A stretch of DNA of 64,000 nt from Alphaproteobacteria bacterium (GTDB taxonomy: Bacteria > Pseudomonadota > Alphaproteobacteria > SP197): positions 32,001-96,000 of the forward strand of contig OZ219918.1 of the NCBI GenBank assembly GCA_964291415.2. Reading direction: 5' to 3'. The translations under genes and the position numbers were made by a program. Of this stretch, positions 58,961-64,000 are shown in pieces. Every line of letters begins with the position of its first letter. Positions within the stretch are counted from its first letter, which is position 1. The notes below the pieces were generated by a model, which saw only the letters and a program-made list of their open reading frames with translations, searched no databases and was not told where the DNA came from.

Positions 58961-60388
58961 CTATCCGGCCCGCGTGCCGCCAACGGTGAGGCCTTCGATC
59001 AGCATGGTTGGCTGACCGACGCCGACCGGCACGCTCTGGCCGTTCTTGCCGCACGTCCCGATACCCGGGTCGAGCCGCATGTCGTTGCCAAGCGCCTTGA
59101 CGTGCTTGAGGGCGGACGGTCCGTCGCCGATCAGCGTCGCGCCCTTGACCGAAGGGCCCACCTTGCCGTTTTCGATGAGGTAGGCCTCCGATGCGGTGAA
59201 GACAAAGGTGCCGTTGACGATATCGACCTGCCCGCCGGAAAAATTGACCGCGTAGAGACCGTTGGGAACCGACTCGATGATCTCGTCGGGGTCGATGTCG
59301 CCTGACAGCATGCAGGTGTTGGTCATCCGCGGCATGGGCTGGTGGGCATGGCTTTCGCGCCGTCCGTTGCCGGTTGTCGCCGCGCCCATCAGGTGGGCAT
59401 TCATGCGATCCGTCATGTAGTTCTTCAGGATTCCGTCCTCGATCAGCACCGTCCGTTCGGTGGGCGTGCCCTCGTCATCGATGGTGAGCGAACCTCGTCT
59501 GCCGGCGATTGTCCCGTCGTCGATCACCGTGACTCCCGGGGCAGCCACCCGCTCACCCATGAGACCGGAGAATGCTGACGTCTTCTTGCGGTTGAAGTCG
59601 CCCTCGAGGCCGTGTCCGACAGCCTCGTGCAGCATGACGGCCGGCCAGCCGGGACCGAGGACAACAGGCATCTCGCCGGCCGGAGCATCGACGGATTCGA
59701 GGTTGACGAGGGCGATGCGCAAGGCCTCGTCGGCATGATCCTTCCATTGCTCCCGGCCAATGAACTCGTGATAGGGCAGGCGGCCGCCCGTGCCGTGCGA
59801 GCCGGCTTCCATGCGGTCGCCCGAGCTCACGACGCAGCTGATCCGGACCGAGACCAGGGGGCGGACATCCGTCACCATGTTGCCGTCGGCGCGCAGGATG
59901 GAGACCACCTGCCAGCTTGACATCAGGGCTGCCGTCACCTGGTGGACTCTCTCGTCCCTGGAGCGAAGCCAGGCGTCGATGTCCTCGAGCAGCGTCACCT
60001 TGTCGCCGAAGGGCATCTCCGAGACGGGGTTGTCCTCTCCGTAGAGATGACGGTTGGTGCGCGCCGGCGCGACAGCGACGTCCGCCTGGCGTCCATCGAT
60101 CTCGCGCACAGTCCTGGCGGCACGCTTGAGCGCGGCTTCGGAAAGCTCCGTGGTGTGGGCATAGGCGGTCACATCGTCGACAATGCGCCTCAAGCCCATG
60201 CCCTGGACGACGTCGTAGCCGGCCTGCTTCAGCCGCCCGTCGTCGAACACGAGGGTTTCGGACTGACCGAATTCCATGAAGAGTTCGCCGTCATCGGCGC
60301 CGTTGAGCGCATCGCCGACGATGCCGGTGACCCGGTTTCTCTCCATGCCGCTTCTCTGGAAGAAGAGGTCATCGGCTGACGCATTCAT
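58961..60388 (-). CDS. tldD: Metalloprotease TldD
   Basis: DDGELF, MLHEAVGHGLEGDFNRKKTS, MPRMTNT, GTCGKNGQSVPVGVGQPT. Confidence 0.96.
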   Translation of the reverse strand: MNASADDLFFQRSGMERNRVTGIVGDALNGADDGELFMEFGQSETLVFDDGRLKQAGYDVVQGMGLRRIVDDVTAYAHTTELSEAALKRAARTVREIDGRQADVAVAPARTNRHLYGEDNPVSEMPFGDKVTLLEDIDAWLRSRDERVHQVTAALMSSWQVVSILRADGNMVTDVRPLVSVRISCVVSSGDRMEAGSHGTGGRLPYHEFIGREQWKDHADEALRIALVNLESVDAPAGEMPVVLGPGWPAVMLHEAVGHGLEGDFNRKKTSAFSGLMGERVAAPGVTVIDDGTIAGRRGSLTIDDEGTPTERTVLIEDGILKNYMTDRMNAHLMGAATTGNGRRESHAHQPMPRMTNTCMLSGDIDPDEIIESVPNGLYAVNFSGGQVDIVNGTFVFTASEAYLIENGKVGPSVKGATLIGDGPSALKHVKALGNDMRLDPGIGTCGKNGQSVPVGVGQPTMLIEGLTVGGTRAG

Positions 60389-60589
60389 CCCTGGGGGCCT
60401 CCACCGGAACGCTTCCTTATAGCGACTGCGCCCCGTTTGCGCCAACTGCCGCGCTGACCGATTGATGTTTCCGAGGCCGTGGCCAGGGCATGAACGACAG
60501 CCGCCGCGCCGCCCCGAAGCGGGAACGACGCAGCCACAAGCCCGCCGATACCGGGCGTCGCGTTGAGCGCAGGGCCCGTCCTTGTCGGT

Positions 60590-61054
60590 TCACGCAGCGC
60601 TGGAGTCACCCATGTGGGCAAGGTAGGGATCGTGAAAGTGCCGCACCATGACTTCGGACACTTCCTCGTGCTCCGAATCGATCATGTACCAGCCATGCTC
60701 GAAGCAGCGTTGCGACATGCCCTCGTGCACCGATTCAATGAAGGCCATGTCTTCCGGCTGAAGGACATCCCGGGCCCGGACCGTCCTTTTCTCCTGACGC
60801 GCCAGCATGTCCGGATCGGTCGGCTCGGCCACGTCGAGCTGCACGATCTTGCGCCAGGCCCGGTTCGGGCCGAGCGGGAACCATTGCGACAGGGAGAGAT
60901 TCCCCGGGCCGGCGAACCGGGCCAGACCCATGTTGGGGAACAGGTGCCAGAAGTGCAGATCCTCTCCGGCCAGGGGCTGTTTGACAGGACCCCGCCGGAC
61001 GCCGGCGCATCGCCTTCCGCGAGGCTGGCAAGCGCGGGTGTTGACGTTCTCCAT
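60590..61054 (-). pseudogene. C-terminal catalytic-domain fragment of a Rieske oxygenase
   Basis: FWHLFPN, EDMAFIESVHEGM, SEVMVRHFH; no Rieske cluster domain and no room for one. Confidence 0.65.
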
Positions 61055-61184
61055 GACCGATCACACGTCAAGGGAGATTCGGGTCCTGCAGGCTTGTGAA
61101 GCGGATTGCGGGTCGTGTATGGTCCGCCTCGCCCGAACCGGTGGATCGGACCGGTCTGCCTGCGGGGTGAATGTCAGGAGGAGA

Positions 61185-63681
<2,497 letters not shown>

Positions 63682-63696
63682 CGAAGGGGTGAGACC

Positions 63697-64000
63697 CTGA
63701 CCACGGATATCCAGGCAGCGCATCCGGCCGGCACGCTCGCCGCGTCTCCGGGCGACTATCTTGCGCTCCTCAAGCCGCGGGTGATGTCGCTGGTGGTGTT
63801 CACCGGCGCCATCGGTCTCGTCGTTGCCGAGGGAAGCCTCCACCCGTTCCTTGCCGCGGTGGCGCTCCTGTGCATCGCGCTGGGCGCCGGTGCCGCCGGG
63901 TGCATCAACATGTGGTACGAGCAGGATATCGACGCCCTGATGCACAGGACGTGGCATCGACCCATACCAAGCGGCCGGATCGCCGGGACGACCGCCCTGG
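63697..64000 (+). CDS. ctaB: Heme o synthase (protoheme IX farnesyltransferase), truncated by window end
   Basis: [38 protein letters not shown]; start uncertain. Confidence 0.9.
   Translation, partial: MTTDIQAAHPAGTLAASPGDYLALLKPRVMSLVVFTGAIGLVVAEGSLHPFLAAVALLCIALGAGAAGCINMWYEQDIDALMHRTWHRPIPSGRIAGTTAL

Overview
GC-rich bacterial chromosomal window, most likely from an alphaproteobacterium (ubiA-gshA-tldD-coxB-coxA-ctaB block, TRAP transporter, DddP-like and betaine/histidine catabolic genes). The metabolic backbone is heavily invaded by mobile DNA: a tyrosine-recombinase + IS91-type element, a type II-like R-M pair with an IS630 in its stop codon, and two back-to-back cargo-carrying IS1595 transposons. 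The most notable locus is a four-layer nest at 51.9-56.2 kb. (1) A Rieske oxygenase gene is split by an element with an exact 8-bp target duplication (ATCGACAA). (2) That element has IS1595-like ends and, once inner layers are removed, encodes only a TnpB nuclease. (3) The tnpB is split at its RuvC-III 'ADLNAA' codons by an IS110 element (CT core at both ends). Its upstream non-coding region shows a readable bridge-RNA layout whose target guides match that tnpB site and whose donor guides match the IS110 circle junction. (4) The IS110 3' region carries a small-ORF insert between 10-bp direct repeats. No rRNA, tRNA or CRISPR array was seen. All calls are from reading motifs by eye; no database searches were run.
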